A stretch of 64,000 bases of DNA from a virus. Under the pieces are notes generated by a model. That model was given only the letters and a program-made list of their open reading frames with translations. It did not search any database and was not told the origin of the DNA. The position numbers and the translations under genes were made by a program. Below, in pieces: positions 19,845 through 29,119 of this stretch. Every line of letters begins with the position of its first letter. The first letter of the stretch is position 1. The stretch lies in IMG/VR virus record IMGVR_UViG_3300020125_000159, positions 28,696 to 92,695 of that record; one strand, written 5' to 3'.

Positions 19845-22800
19845 TACGTGAAACCACTATTTGCGAATGCATACTTGTTAGTAATCTGCGCCATCTGTTT
19901 ACCATCTACCATAAGGTTTACAACTATAGGCTGACCATATAGAGATGAGCCTGTATTTATTGTAGTAACTCCAGGATTAATTGTGGCTCCGAATGGAGAA
20001 CCTGGAGCAAAGCTACTCGGAGCGTTTTGTCCTGTAAATGCTTGTCCTGTCTGAGGATTGGTTAATGATCCTCCTGTCGTAGGCGAAAACCCTTGTTGTT
20101 GACCTGTTGCTCCACCTCCTAAACCTAGCGCACCCTTAACTTGATTTACTAGGTTCGTTATGAAACTCTGAACTGCAGTAGTTAATGCGTTCACAAATGC
20201 GTCTGCGGCTGCTTTCCAAGCATTAGGATCTACTAATACCTTGAGTATCTTTTCTGCGTCTTTTTCTGCAAGAGTTAACGCCGTGTCTATTGCTTGGTTT
20301 GCCTTATCGTTCAATGATTTCCAATTATTAAGGTCGAATAATGGTGCTATGATTTGTGTTACATCCTTAGCTGCAAGCTTAAGTGCCGCGTCTATCGCCT
20401 TGTTAGCACTATCATTCAGCGTCTTCCAATTGTTAACATCGAAAAGCGCTTGTAACATCTTTGTAACATCCTTACCTGCTATAGTTAGCGCCGCATCTAT
20501 TGCTTTGTTAGCACTATCATTTAGTGTCTTCCAGTTATTGATGTCGAATAGCGCTTTCAATATATTTGTAACATCTTTACCTGCAATCGTTAACGCTGTA
20601 TCTATCGCCTTGTTAGCGTTATCGTTTAACGTCTTCCAGTTATTAAGGTCAAACAACGGCGTGAATATTGTTGTTACGTCCTTAGCCACAATTTTAAGTG
20701 CTGCGTCTATTGCTTGATTAGCCTTATCGTTTAATGATTTCCAACTGCTAAGGTCAAACAATGGTCCAAAGATAGCAGTAACTGCGGCTGAAATATTTTT
20801 AAATGTGAGTGCACTTTGTAGAGTAGCAATAGCCTTAGGAATTATCGGACCCCAACCTTCTGCGGTAAACAGCGGTCCGAATATAGAGGTGACGGCCTCT
20901 GAGATATTTTTAAATGTGAGTGCACTTTTTAAGGCAGCGGCTGCTTTGGGGATTAATGTTGCCCAATTGTTTATATCGAATAATGGAGCGAATAATTTAC
21001 CAATATCTTGAACATTAGGAGCAAAAGATCCAAATAAGAAATCCACAAGTAATTTACCCATCTTGCCCTTATTCTTGTCGAACTGATCTCTTAGGTAGTT
21101 AAGAAATGAATCAACTGCACCGCCTATTGCCCTCTGTGCTGCATCTCCTGCAGCTGCTCCTGTAATTGCTTGAGCAACCATATTCCAGAAAGCACTACTA
21201 ACTTTAGTCTGCGCTTGCTTTCCAGTCAGATAACTATCTAGAGCATCAATTATAGCGGCTCCAGCATTATCCATTGAACCAGTTTTAAATAATGCCTGTA
21301 GAGCCGAGTTTATAGCGTTACCAACTTTCGTGATTACTACTGGTATATTCGTTATAACAAATTTAAATGCATCCTCTATTGTTTTCATTATTGCCTGACC
21401 AAGTATCTGGGCGTTACTAGTATCCTGAGTAGTGCCGATCTGAGCAATTTGACCAACAATACCGACATCCTTAGTGCCTGTCGAAAGTCCTCCGAGAGTC
21501 GTTGGGGCGAATGGACTGCCCATTGCACCTGCATTCCGAAGAACACCTTTTACTGCACTCCCTGAAGTACCAAAAGGATCTTTAAGGAATGTCTGAAGTT
21601 TATCTATAATATCTTGTATATCTTTTCCAATAGGTGTCTTAATAATCTGGTCGTGTATTTCCTTGATTGCCTTTGGAATCTCACCTGTGTTATTGAAGAA
21701 GCCCTTTCCAGTAAGTCCCAAGTTGTCTGCTAAAGCACCGATTAAGTCGACGAATGGTTTTAACGCAGGAACCTGCTGTACCAAACCAGCGGCGAATTTG
21801 TCTATTGAGTCTCTAACTCCATTAAAATTCGTGGCTATTGCAATCAAAGCCGCAGCCACAGCTGTAATAGCTATTCCAATTAGTCCGAACTTTAGTGGAA
21901 AACTCGCACCTGTACTTGCTAATGAATTCACCCCTTTCTCTGCATCTCCTGTTCCACGTGCTAACACACCTATAGCTGTAGAAAATGCACCTACGGCCTG
22001 AAGACCTGTTGAGAGAAGTGTCGCTGCGAATCTTTCATGGGCTATTCGTGCTGCCTCGATCCTTACAGTTTGTTGTTCTGTTGATGCATTATATTTGGCT
22101 ATTTTATCATTTATACTCGTTATATCCTCCCCTAGTTTAGTGGTGGTACCGCTGGCCTTACCCTGAGACGTACTAATTTTATCTACAGCCGTGGCCCCAG
22201 CCTCTGTATCCTTAGTCAACATTTGTTGTGCCTTCTGATACCTTTCGACAGCTGATGCATATTGTGTACTGTTTCTACCAAATTTTTCAAGTGCTACGTT
22301 TACTTTTTCTTGGTCTATTGCTATTGTTTCCTTGTCCGTCTTTACCTTACCCTCTATTTGTCCTACCTTTTCATAGGACGTCCCAAGCTTCTCATTAGCA
22401 TCTGATCCAGACGCGACGTCCTTGTTATACTTATCCATTGCTTTTTGTATACCTAATAACTGAGTATTTAAGCTGGCAGCTCCCGTGTCTACTCTGGCTT
22501 GTGTCCTTTGCATAGCTTCATAACCTGAGGCAACCCCTACAGAGCCACTTGCTACCGTAGATAATGACCCTCCTAATATGAGCATATTACTGCCAAGATT
22601 ACTAGTGCCTGTCGATAAAGTTTGAACAGAGCCGCCAGCCGTACTAGCATTGGTTCCTAGAGTACTTATGTTGGAACCTGCAGTATCAGCATTAGTTCCA
22701 ATACTACCTATATTAGTAGCAGCGGTACCAGCGTCTGTTCCTAGAGTTTCTATACTAGTAGCAGCTGTATTAGCATCGGTGCCGAGAGTATCTACCGAAG

Positions 22801-23422
22801 TAGCAGCGGTACCAGCATCGGTGCCCAAAGTGTCTATATTTGTAGCGGCAGTACCAGAATCTGTTCCGAGAGTATCGATACTCGTACTAGCAGTACCACT
22901 ATTAGTGCCAAGAGTATCTAAAGCCGTGTTAGCAGTATCAGAACTTGTGCCTAGACTATCCAGACCCGTATTAGCGGTATCAGCACTTGTTCCTAATGAA
23001 TCTAAACCAGTATTTGCCGTGTCAGCATTCGTTCCTAATGTATCTAAGGAGGTATTAGCAGTATCAGCGCTAGTCCCCAACGAACCTAAATTAGTATTAG
23101 CAGTATCAGCATTAGTACCTAGAGTATCTAATCCAGTGCCAGCAGTATCAGAGTTAGTTCCAAGAGTATCTAGACCTGTTCCAGCAGTATCTGCGTTAGT
23201 CCCTAGTGTACCTAAAGCAGTATTAGCAGTATCGATATTCGTTCCTAACGTACTAAGATTAGTTTCAGCAGTACTAGAACCAGATCCCAAACTGTCTAGA
23301 CTTTGGCCCGCCGTATCTGCCGCTGACTGTAATGACTGTAGTTTTTGAGAAAGGTCATCTAGGGCGCTACTAAATTCGTCTGCTCCCGTCAGGGCTACCT
23401 CTACCGATAACTGGTTACTCAA
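19844..23422 (-). CDS. Tail tape measure protein
   Basis: 1192 aa, Ala/Gly/Thr-rich and helical, with a hydrophobic segment, W/F-spaced repeats and a C-terminal 'IVVNLMVDGKQMA'; position downstream of the tail chaperones. Confidence 0.85.
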   Translation of the reverse strand: MSNQLSVEVALTGADEFSSALDDLSQKLQSLQSAADTAGQSLDSLGSGSSTAETNLSTLGTNIDTANTALGTLGTNADTAGTGLDTLGTNSDTAGTGLDTLGTNADTANTNLGSLGTSADTANTSLDTLGTNADTANTGLDSLGTSADTANTGLDSLGTSSDTANTALDTLGTNSGTASTSIDTLGTDSGTAATNIDTLGTDAGTAATSVDTLGTDANTAATSIETLGTDAGTAATNIGSIGTNADTAGSNISTLGTNASTAGGSVQTLSTGTSNLGSNMLILGGSLSTVASGSVGVASGYEAMQRTQARVDTGAASLNTQLLGIQKAMDKYNKDVASGSDANEKLGTSYEKVGQIEGKVKTDKETIAIDQEKVNVALEKFGRNSTQYASAVERYQKAQQMLTKDTEAGATAVDKISTSQGKASGTTTKLGEDITSINDKIAKYNASTEQQTVRIEAARIAHERFAATLLSTGLQAVGAFSTAIGVLARGTGDAEKGVNSLASTGASFPLKFGLIGIAITAVAAALIAIATNFNGVRDSIDKFAAGLVQQVPALKPFVDLIGALADNLGLTGKGFFNNTGEIPKAIKEIHDQIIKTPIGKDIQDIIDKLQTFLKDPFGTSGSAVKGVLRNAGAMGSPFAPTTLGGLSTGTKDVGIVGQIAQIGTTQDTSNAQILGQAIMKTIEDAFKFVITNIPVVITKVGNAINSALQALFKTGSMDNAGAAIIDALDSYLTGKQAQTKVSSAFWNMVAQAITGAAAGDAAQRAIGGAVDSFLNYLRDQFDKNKGKMGKLLVDFLFGSFAPNVQDIGKLFAPLFDINNWATLIPKAAAALKSALTFKNISEAVTSIFGPLFTAEGWGPIIPKAIATLQSALTFKNISAAVTAIFGPLFDLSSWKSLNDKANQAIDAALKIVAKDVTTIFTPLFDLNNWKTLNDNANKAIDTALTIAGKDVTNILKALFDINNWKTLNDSANKAIDAALTIAGKDVTKMLQALFDVNNWKTLNDSANKAIDAALKLAAKDVTQIIAPLFDLNNWKSLNDKANQAIDTALTLAEKDAEKILKVLVDPNAWKAAADAFVNALTTAVQSFITNLVNQVKGALGLGGGATGQQQGFSPTTGGSLTNPQTGQAFTGQNAPSSFAPGSPFGATINPGVTTINTGSSLYGQPIVVNLMVDGKQMAQITNKYAFANSGFT
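20220..21000 (-). repeat. Coding tandem repeat, ~105-nt/35-aa unit (LFDLNNWKTLNDxANKAIDAALxIAxKDVTxI) in tape measure C-terminus
   Basis: About 7-8 units. Confidence 0.85.
22610..23290 (-). repeat. Coding tandem repeat, 42-nt/14-aa unit (LGTNADTANTGLDS) in tape measure N-terminus
   Basis: About 16 imperfect units are visible in both protein and DNA. Confidence 0.85.
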
Positions 23423-23458
23423 ATCGCGATATAGTTCTACCCCTTAGTTATATGATAG

Positions 23459-23465
23459 GAACTAA
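23459..23465 (-). promoter_or_regulatory. Late-gene motif TTAGTTC
   Basis: 37 nt before the tape measure start. Confidence 0.7.
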
Positions 23466-23474
23466 ATTCCTACC

Positions 23475-23822
23475 CTACAATAATACAGTCGAATTAAAGT
23501 CGTCGATTATATCCTGTGCAGTATACTCGTCGAAGACAACGAAAAAGAACGGTTGTGCTGTCTGAAAGCGAGTCCCCATCTCTACATAAATCGAATAATC
23601 AGCAGTAGAAGATACCTGTGCTGTTGTATCGTCCGAGTTTGTAACACTAATATGGTCTCTTAAAAACCCAGTATCAACTGGTGCTCTCTCCTGCATTTTT
23701 TGTACCATTTCATCTGCTATTTTCTTTGGTTCTGAAGATTGAAAGTCTTTGACCTTTTGCGCTACGTCTTTAAAATGAGAAGCTATATCTTCTGCTCCTG
23801 TGACTGTAAATGTAACGTCCAT
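23475..23822 (-). CDS. HK97 gp10-like neck/tail-completion protein
   Basis: RAPVDTGFLRDHI...ADYSIYVEMGTRFQTAQPFF signature. Confidence 0.9.
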   Translation of the reverse strand: MDVTFTVTGAEDIASHFKDVAQKVKDFQSSEPKKIADEMVQKMQERAPVDTGFLRDHISVTNSDDTTAQVSSTADYSIYVEMGTRFQTAQPFFFVVFDEYTAQDIIDDFNSTVLL

Positions 23823-24522
23823 TACCAGGACTGCCTCTTTGCCTTCACTTCAGATTTCCAGCGTTCCTTCTCCATGTTATATCTCTCTGCTTCATTTTGT
23901 ATATGTTTCATTGATATCATATTAGCTATATCTTCTTTGTAAACTTCATGATCTTCTGAGTATTCCCATGGCCTAACGTGGAATTGGTCGAGCATTATGA
24001 ATTGTTTGTATATTTCCATTTCTTGTGAATTAAGTTTGTAGCTACCTTCACGAAAGAGGATTGTAAATGAGTCTACGAATTTGGGATACCGTATATGGTC
24101 CTGATATTTTGACTTTCAAGTATTCTTTTAACTATTTCAAAGTCTGATACCTCAAACTCTTCTGCAGTCATACCAAGATAATAGAGTGCTGCCTTTTGTA
24201 ACACTTCCATATTCTTTGCTGATCTCTCTGGTGAGGGACGCATCTTTGCAGCTTCAGCCCTCAATCTTTCAAGCTCTGAATAGTCTTTTGTTTTTATTTT
24301 CTTTCTAGTATAGGTTTTTGGTGTACCATCAACTTCTATGGTAAACTCGTTCATAGGAGTATATTTTTTGACATCTCTTAATTGAGCATCATTAAGTTGT
24401 GATAGTAATGGCTTCCATTCCTTTCCTTCTGTTATAACTGGGTCTATTGTAGTTGTTTCAGCAGGAGGATTGAAAGTATCTGATTCTTTAGACTTTTCCT
24501 TTTCTTGGTCTTCTTGCGACAA
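23822..24522 (-). CDS. Tail assembly chaperone gpGT-like fusion made by a -1 frameshift (~233 aa)
   Basis: The -1 frame after CCCAAAT (24085-24079) is open (PKFVDSFTILFREGSYKLNSQE) into ORF 23822..24019. Confidence 0.8.
24073..24522 (-). CDS. Tail assembly chaperone (gpG-like)
   Basis: Follows the tail tube gene and ends with the slippery site C CCA AAT. Confidence 0.75.
   Translation of the reverse strand: MSQEDQEKEKSKESDTFNPPAETTTIDPVITEGKEWKPLLSQLNDAQLRDVKKYTPMNEFTIEVDGTPKTYTRKKIKTKDYSELERLRAEAAKMRPSPERSAKNMEVLQKAALYYLGMTAEEFEVSDFEIVKRILESQNIRTIYGIPNS
24079..24085 (-). other. Programmed -1 ribosomal frameshift slippery heptamer C-CCA-AAT
   Basis: X XXY YYZ in the correct frame, one codon before the stop of the chaperone gene. 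Confidence 0.8.
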
Positions 24523-24560
24523 TAGTTTAAAGGTATGTTTGCTTACTATTAACTAACTAA

Positions 24561-25505
24561 TTAGCCGCTAACAGCGACCTGTTGTGCAACTCCCGAAAAT
24601 GTTATAGTCTTGATTTTGTTTGCAGTTGGTGAGTCTGGGGTGTTGAATTTATCTAGGTATAGATTGGTGAAGTTTAGGGTGACTGGACCAACTGAATTGA
24701 GTTGGTATGACGCGGTTCTTGCAGTTAGCGCAATTGCGTCTGAGATAGTGTCGAATGGTCCGCCTGTTCCATCAGCTGACACATCAGTGTATATAATATC
24801 AAAGTCTACTGTGATATCTCTATTAGTCGGTTCGAGGTATTTAATTACAGATTCGCCGAGTGGTTTTATTTTGTCGAGGTTATGAGTTACACCAGCCTTG
24901 AATGTTATAGTATCATATGACTTTCCATTAATTGTAAGTGGATGTGAGCCTCCTGTTAATCCTGACCACGGTGGTACAGTGGTAGAGTTTGGAGCACAAT
25001 ACGATGGAGTACCTGCACCGCCTGCACCTACGAATGTAGTAGCTGGAGTATTCAGCACAGAAGCAACCATAGTTTGAGTTACTTCTACTTTTGTCTCTGT
25101 AACTGAAATCTCTATTTTTTCTGTACGAGCGCCTTTTACAAGATAGAAGTATTCAGTAGCGTTAACAGTCTGAGACCAGAGAATAGATAATGATCTGTAT
25201 ATGTTGCCGACACCTGTCGCGCCAGTGCTGCTAAAGTATTCTGTCCCATATTTCATGAACAAACTGTTGAAAGGCTGATACTTTAGGACGATGTTATAAA
25301 GTTGGCCTGATTTTACTTCTTGGTAAATATCCCTGGAGCCTAACTGTCTATTTTTAATCGATTGAATATCTATGCTGAGTGCAAGATCAGTGATAGCTCC
25401 ACAGCTTGTAAAAACTGGTGAAGTTGGTGTGGTTGCGTATGTTGCCTCTTCCACGAACTGTGGGATTCTCGTAAATTTATAAGCACCAGTTGGTTGATAC
25501 GACAT
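24561..25505 (-). CDS. Major tail tube protein
   Basis: N-terminal 'FVEEATYATTP' typical of tail tube families; beta-rich; position between terminator and chaperones. Confidence 0.8.
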   Translation of the reverse strand: MSYQPTGAYKFTRIPQFVEEATYATTPTSPVFTSCGAITDLALSIDIQSIKNRQLGSRDIYQEVKSGQLYNIVLKYQPFNSLFMKYGTEYFSSTGATGVGNIYRSLSILWSQTVNATEYFYLVKGARTEKIEISVTETKVEVTQTMVASVLNTPATTFVGAGGAGTPSYCAPNSTTVPPWSGLTGGSHPLTINGKSYDTITFKAGVTHNLDKIKPLGESVIKYLEPTNRDITVDFDIIYTDVSADGTGGPFDTISDAIALTARTASYQLNSVGPVTLNFTNLYLDKFNTPDSPTANKIKTITFSGVAQQVAVSG

Positions 25506-25579
25506 AACTAGTTAGTCTCCGATTTGATTGTAAACACTTTAAATTACTCGATATGTAAGTTAGAGGTAACGAAAATAGA

Positions 25580-25586
25580 GAACTAA
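25580..25586 (-). promoter_or_regulatory. Late-gene motif TTAGTTC
   Basis: 75 nt before the tail tube start (longer leader). Confidence 0.6.
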
Positions 25587-25672
25587 TGACTTGGGAAAAG
25601 AAGAATGTTACAGCACCGATAGTCGATATACCTAAATACCTCGTCTACCTTATCTACCTTAGGTATAAAGAA

Positions 25673-25780
25673 ATGACAAAATCGGTAAAGGTAGACGACG
25701 AGGATTACTCTTACGTCGTTAAACAAGCGAAATATGGCGAATCATTTGCCAAAGTCCTAAAGAGGCTGTTAAAGCGATGA
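25673..25780 (+). CDS. 35-aa ribbon-helix-helix-like microprotein
   Basis: MTKSVKVDDEDYSYVVKQAKYGESFAKVLKRLLKR; paralogue at 56847..56954 supports this start. Confidence 0.65.
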   Translation: MTKSVKVDDEDYSYVVKQAKYGESFAKVLKRLLKR

Positions 25781-26091
25781 ATAGGGGATTAATCATATTT
25801 GGAATGATATGTACTATAATTGGTACGATGATTGGATTCTATTTGATATTCAGTTCGCCCATGCCTAGATTCATATTGTTTGGAGAAGCTCATGCGCAGA
25901 CATCCAATCTCGACGAATTATCGGGTTATATGAACACATTATCTGCATTTACTAGCGCTTGTAATAATGCCCTTGATAATCAGGCAGTTCAGGCCGCATG
26001 TGCACAGATATTCAATGAAGAACATGATTTACTAAAACCATTCATGGATCAGAATAGAGATCTGATGTCTAGGGTGATACTTGGACCTTAG
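25777..26091 (+). CDS. Membrane-anchored/secreted small protein
   Basis: N-terminal TM helix and AHA-Q cleavage-like motif; ATGA overlap. Confidence 0.6.
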   Translation: MNRGLIIFGMICTIIGTMIGFYLIFSSPMPRFILFGEAHAQTSNLDELSGYMNTLSAFTSACNNALDNQAVQAACAQIFNEEHDLLKPFMDQNRDLMSRVILGP

Positions 26092-26093
26092 AA

Positions 26094-26264
26094 TTGTTCG
26101 ACAAGAAGCCTCAAGCGGTTCAGGTAAAGTGTGGAAGTTGTAGAAAGAAATTTCTACCTGAAGCCATTAAGGTTATGACTACCATTAGAGGCTTCATGGT
26201 CTACGCATGTCCCAATTGCCATACTGTGTTCAACGTACAGTCTAACTCAGTGATTGCTAAGTAG
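26094..26264 (+). CDS. Zn-ribbon microprotein (56 aa, not in ORF track)
   Basis: TTG start; KCGSC...ACPNC. Confidence 0.6.
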   Translation: MFDKKPQAVQVKCGSCRKKFLPEAIKVMTTIRGFMVYACPNCHTVFNVQSNSVIAK

Positions 26265-26745
26265 TCGTCGCTATGAAGTAGAGAATCTCTATTTGCACAA
26301 CTGCCATCCAAAGGTCTGTAACTGCATCCCTAACAGGAACATCAACAGTTCGAATGACACGCATATAGCCACCATTCGGACCTATCGTTGGCACATTCCT
26401 TCTATTTATTTGAATTATTGACTCTAATGAACGTTTTATATCGTCAAGTTCTATAGGTCTAGTTCTAGTATTTTTGCGAACAAAGATATGAGCGTCTACA
26501 AAGTCTGTTGCCGTTTCATACTGCCATCCTATAACTAAAGGACTCCTATCTATCGATCTATCTAGAAAGTGAATCTGATATGAACCGTAACCATCCCACC
26601 ATAAATTTCTAAATTTAATTTGTGTTGATTTTACTAGTGCGGTAGCATCAGGCCAGTTAGCCATTGCCCAATTCTTTAACGTTAATGACATGGGCTCTGT
26701 TAGGTTGCCCCCTCCTGACTTGCCTGGGACGACTACACTACTCAT
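26257..26745 (-). CDS. Putative tail terminator protein
   Basis: Size, alpha/beta pattern and position upstream of the tail tube gene. Confidence 0.55.
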   Translation of the reverse strand: MSSVVVPGKSGGGNLTEPMSLTLKNWAMANWPDATALVKSTQIKFRNLWWDGYGSYQIHFLDRSIDRSPLVIGWQYETATDFVDAHIFVRKNTRTRPIELDDIKRSLESIIQINRRNVPTIGPNGGYMRVIRTVDVPVRDAVTDLWMAVVQIEILYFIATTT

Positions 26746-26774
26746 ATTCTATATAAGACGAAGAAAGAAGTAAA

Positions 26775-26781
26775 GAAGTAA
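26775..26781 (-). promoter_or_regulatory. Late-gene motif TTACTTC
   Basis: 30 nt before 26745. Confidence 0.65.
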
Positions 26782-28989
26782 TTAACGAAGACGTCTTGAA
26801 AGTCCTAACATTTTACTGACTATTGAATTTACATTATTCAATCGTGCAGTATGTCGTCCTGGAGGCCTAATCCTTCTATGGTCAGAGATTATTCCTTCTA
26901 TTTGTACTGTATCATTCATAGAGAATCTGAATGTCATTTGTCCACGACCTACAGAGTCTGAGATACGGATTTGGGCTAATACCTTTTGTGCATGACGGAA
27001 CTCTAACGGTTCAATCATGTTTATACTTGGTCTAGGTAATCTATGTTGTGATTCAGTAATACCTACAGTATCGCCTATGAAACGTCTAACTCGTCTACTT
27101 ATAGATTCGGTAATATTCATTTTTGTCGTAGTGTAAATCTTTGTTGTGGGAGTAAGGTCAGTCCAAATACTTCTAAATATTTTCTTTATTCGTGTGGCAA
27201 TGTCAGATATTGATATACCTGTTTCTATTATGATTCTGGGTATAATCCTTGTTTTTGATAAAGCACTAGATATTGATATAGTCTGTGTTGATAGTGTTAT
27301 TTTGTATAGTTTTCGTGTTAGTATTGACTCTAATGACGCAATGGTTTCTGTCAGACGTCTATTATACTTACCTAGTTTTGTTAATAATTCAGATATCGTT
27401 ATAGTCTGCGTAGAGAGTTTTGGTTTAGCATTTCTTAATTGAGAATCCGTTATCGATATAGTGTCCGAGATTGACCTGGTTTTTAGTGGTCCACTACCAG
27501 CTAATGCGTATAGGAGAGTCCGTATTGATGTTATTCTAGCTTTTAGTCCATACTTCAGAGTTCTGACTGTGGATAATAATCTCTTTCTTAGATAATATTT
27601 GAGTGTCCTTTGTGTCCCAGCAATTCTTTTTCTAAGATAATATTGTAACGTTCTTTGTGCTACAATCCTAGATTTTAAAGAATATTTTACAGTTCGCTGT
27701 GTTGATAGTAACCTAGCTTTTAATCCATATTTGACGGTTCTAGCAGTAGAGGCTAGTCTTTTCTTTAATGAATATTGTAATGTGCGTGCAGTACTTGCTA
27801 ATCTCTTCTTTAGACTATATTGTAACGTTCTTTGTGTTGTTAAAAGTCTTAATTTTAATGCATATTTGACTGTCCTCTGCGTTGTAAGTAGTCTCTTTTT
27901 TAATGCGTATTTTATTGTTCTCTGTGTTGATAACAGTCTAGCCTTTAAACCATATTTGATTGTTCTAAGTCCTACTCTTCTAGCTTTGAGTCCGTAGATT
28001 AGAGTTCTTTGGGTACTTGCTATTCTTTTCTTTAGGGCATATTGTATTGTGCGCTGTGTTGATAACAGCCTTTTATGTAGATAGTATTTTACTGTTCTAA
28101 CTCCTGCAATTCTTGATTTTAAAGCATAGTTTACGGTTCGTGTGGTACTAGCCAGTCGTTTTTTTAATGCATAATTTACAGTCCGCGCAGTACTGGCTAA
28201 TCTCTTATGAAGAAAATATTTTACCGTTCTAGCAGTACTGGCTAATCTGGTTTTTAATCCATAATTTATAGTTCTAGCAGTAGATAAAAGTCTCTTCTTT
28301 AACCCATATTTTATAGTTCTTGCAGTACTGTTTAGGTTTGAAACTGTAGTGAATACTAATGTATCTGTTGCTGCGCTAATGAATGAAGCACATGTTGTTG
28401 CACTTGCTTCGGTAGTACCGTCAAAATAGAATGTATCAGTGAATGCAGTTGAGGCTCCCTGAGTTGTCTTAAATATTATCTCAAATACTATTACGTCACC
28501 GACCTGAGTTGTTACTGCGGAACCTGAAAATGTCCCGCTTAGTGCTACCTCTGAAGTACTAGCCTCTGAGAGTGTTATTCCAGTTGCACTATTAAGTATA
28601 TTTCCAACTTTTGAACCGCCAGCACTTGGACGCCACACATAACATGTTACGTTAGCGGTTGCACTTGTAGTTGTAGGAAAGTTTGCACTTGCAGAACTTT
28701 CCTTCGCGGCAAAAGAAAAAGTCCATGTCTGTGCGCTTATAGACGTAGAAGATAAGGGAGGACTTACAAACTTAGTAAAGTAATAATTATTTGCACTAGT
28801 ATTTGCGAGAGAGGTGACTGCTATACTTGTCTGTAATGTACCAATAGTGCTATTCATCAGACGGTTTACTGTTTGGGCATCACCGCCAGTACTAGTAACT
28901 ATAGTTAGTGCAGACTGTGTGGCTTGAGGAAGTGTTCCGTGTCCTACTAATGTGTTACTTGAGGCATGAAGATATAATTTTGTCGCTAT
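26782..28989 (-). CDS. Virion protein with a cationic 15-aa repeat array; probable ATA start
   Basis: The frame is open 44 codons upstream of ATG 28857 to ATA 28989 (ATKLYLHASS...); about 18 RLASTARTVKYALKK-type units. Confidence 0.65.
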   Translation of the reverse strand: MATKLYLHASSNTLVGHGTLPQATQSALTIVTSTGGDAQTVNRLMNSTIGTLQTSIAVTSLANTSANNYYFTKFVSPPLSSTSISAQTWTFSFAAKESSASANFPTTTSATANVTCYVWRPSAGGSKVGNILNSATGITLSEASTSEVALSGTFSGSAVTTQVGDVIVFEIIFKTTQGASTAFTDTFYFDGTTEASATTCASFISAATDTLVFTTVSNLNSTARTIKYGLKKRLLSTARTINYGLKTRLASTARTVKYFLHKRLASTARTVNYALKKRLASTTRTVNYALKSRIAGVRTVKYYLHKRLLSTQRTIQYALKKRIASTQRTLIYGLKARRVGLRTIKYGLKARLLSTQRTIKYALKKRLLTTQRTVKYALKLRLLTTQRTLQYSLKKRLASTARTLQYSLKKRLASTARTVKYGLKARLLSTQRTVKYSLKSRIVAQRTLQYYLRKRIAGTQRTLKYYLRKRLLSTVRTLKYGLKARITSIRTLLYALAGSGPLKTRSISDTISITDSQLRNAKPKLSTQTITISELLTKLGKYNRRLTETIASLESILTRKLYKITLSTQTISISSALSKTRIIPRIIIETGISISDIATRIKKIFRSIWTDLTPTTKIYTTTKMNITESISRRVRRFIGDTVGITESQHRLPRPSINMIEPLEFRHAQKVLAQIRISDSVGRGQMTFRFSMNDTVQIEGIISDHRRIRPPGRHTARLNNVNSIVSKMLGLSRRLR
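27500..28330 (-). repeat. Coding tandem repeat, 45-nt/15-aa K/R/Y-rich unit
   Basis: R(L/I)(A/L)ST(A/Q)RT(V/L/I)(K/Q)Y(A/G/S/Y)L(K/R)(K/A) repeated. Confidence 0.85.
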
Positions 28990-29030
28990 GTCTGCTCAGC
29001 CTAAAAATAGAGAAAGAAGTAGAGACTTAG

Positions 29031-29037
29031 GAAGTAA
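29031..29037 (-). promoter_or_regulatory. Late-gene motif TTACTTC
   Basis: 42 nt before ATA 28989. Confidence 0.6.
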
Positions 29038-29119
29038 CTAGTTTATTCCAAGGTGCTTGCCCTTTTTTATGTCCCATTACATAGGATAGAGGTATTGCGA
29101 ATATATAAATTATGCGGAC

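Noticed and set aside
22610-23290. CRISPR-like array from 42-nt periodic repeats
   Set aside because: The repeats are in-frame coding units of the tape measure protein with synonymous variation and no unique spacers. No CRISPR array or cas gene was seen in the window.
22650-23348. Long antisense ORFs (also 20241..20717, 12000..12461, 11565..11927, 2786..3373, 21663..22001)
   Set aside because: They are shadows of repetitive coding sequence on the opposite strand, with no RBS/promoter or protein-like motifs.
25586-25672. ORF-track start at 25586 (and at 18025 for 17339..18025)
   Set aside because: The paralogue at 56847 supports ATG 25673; the 18025 start lies upstream of the promoter-like motif and inside the previous gene.
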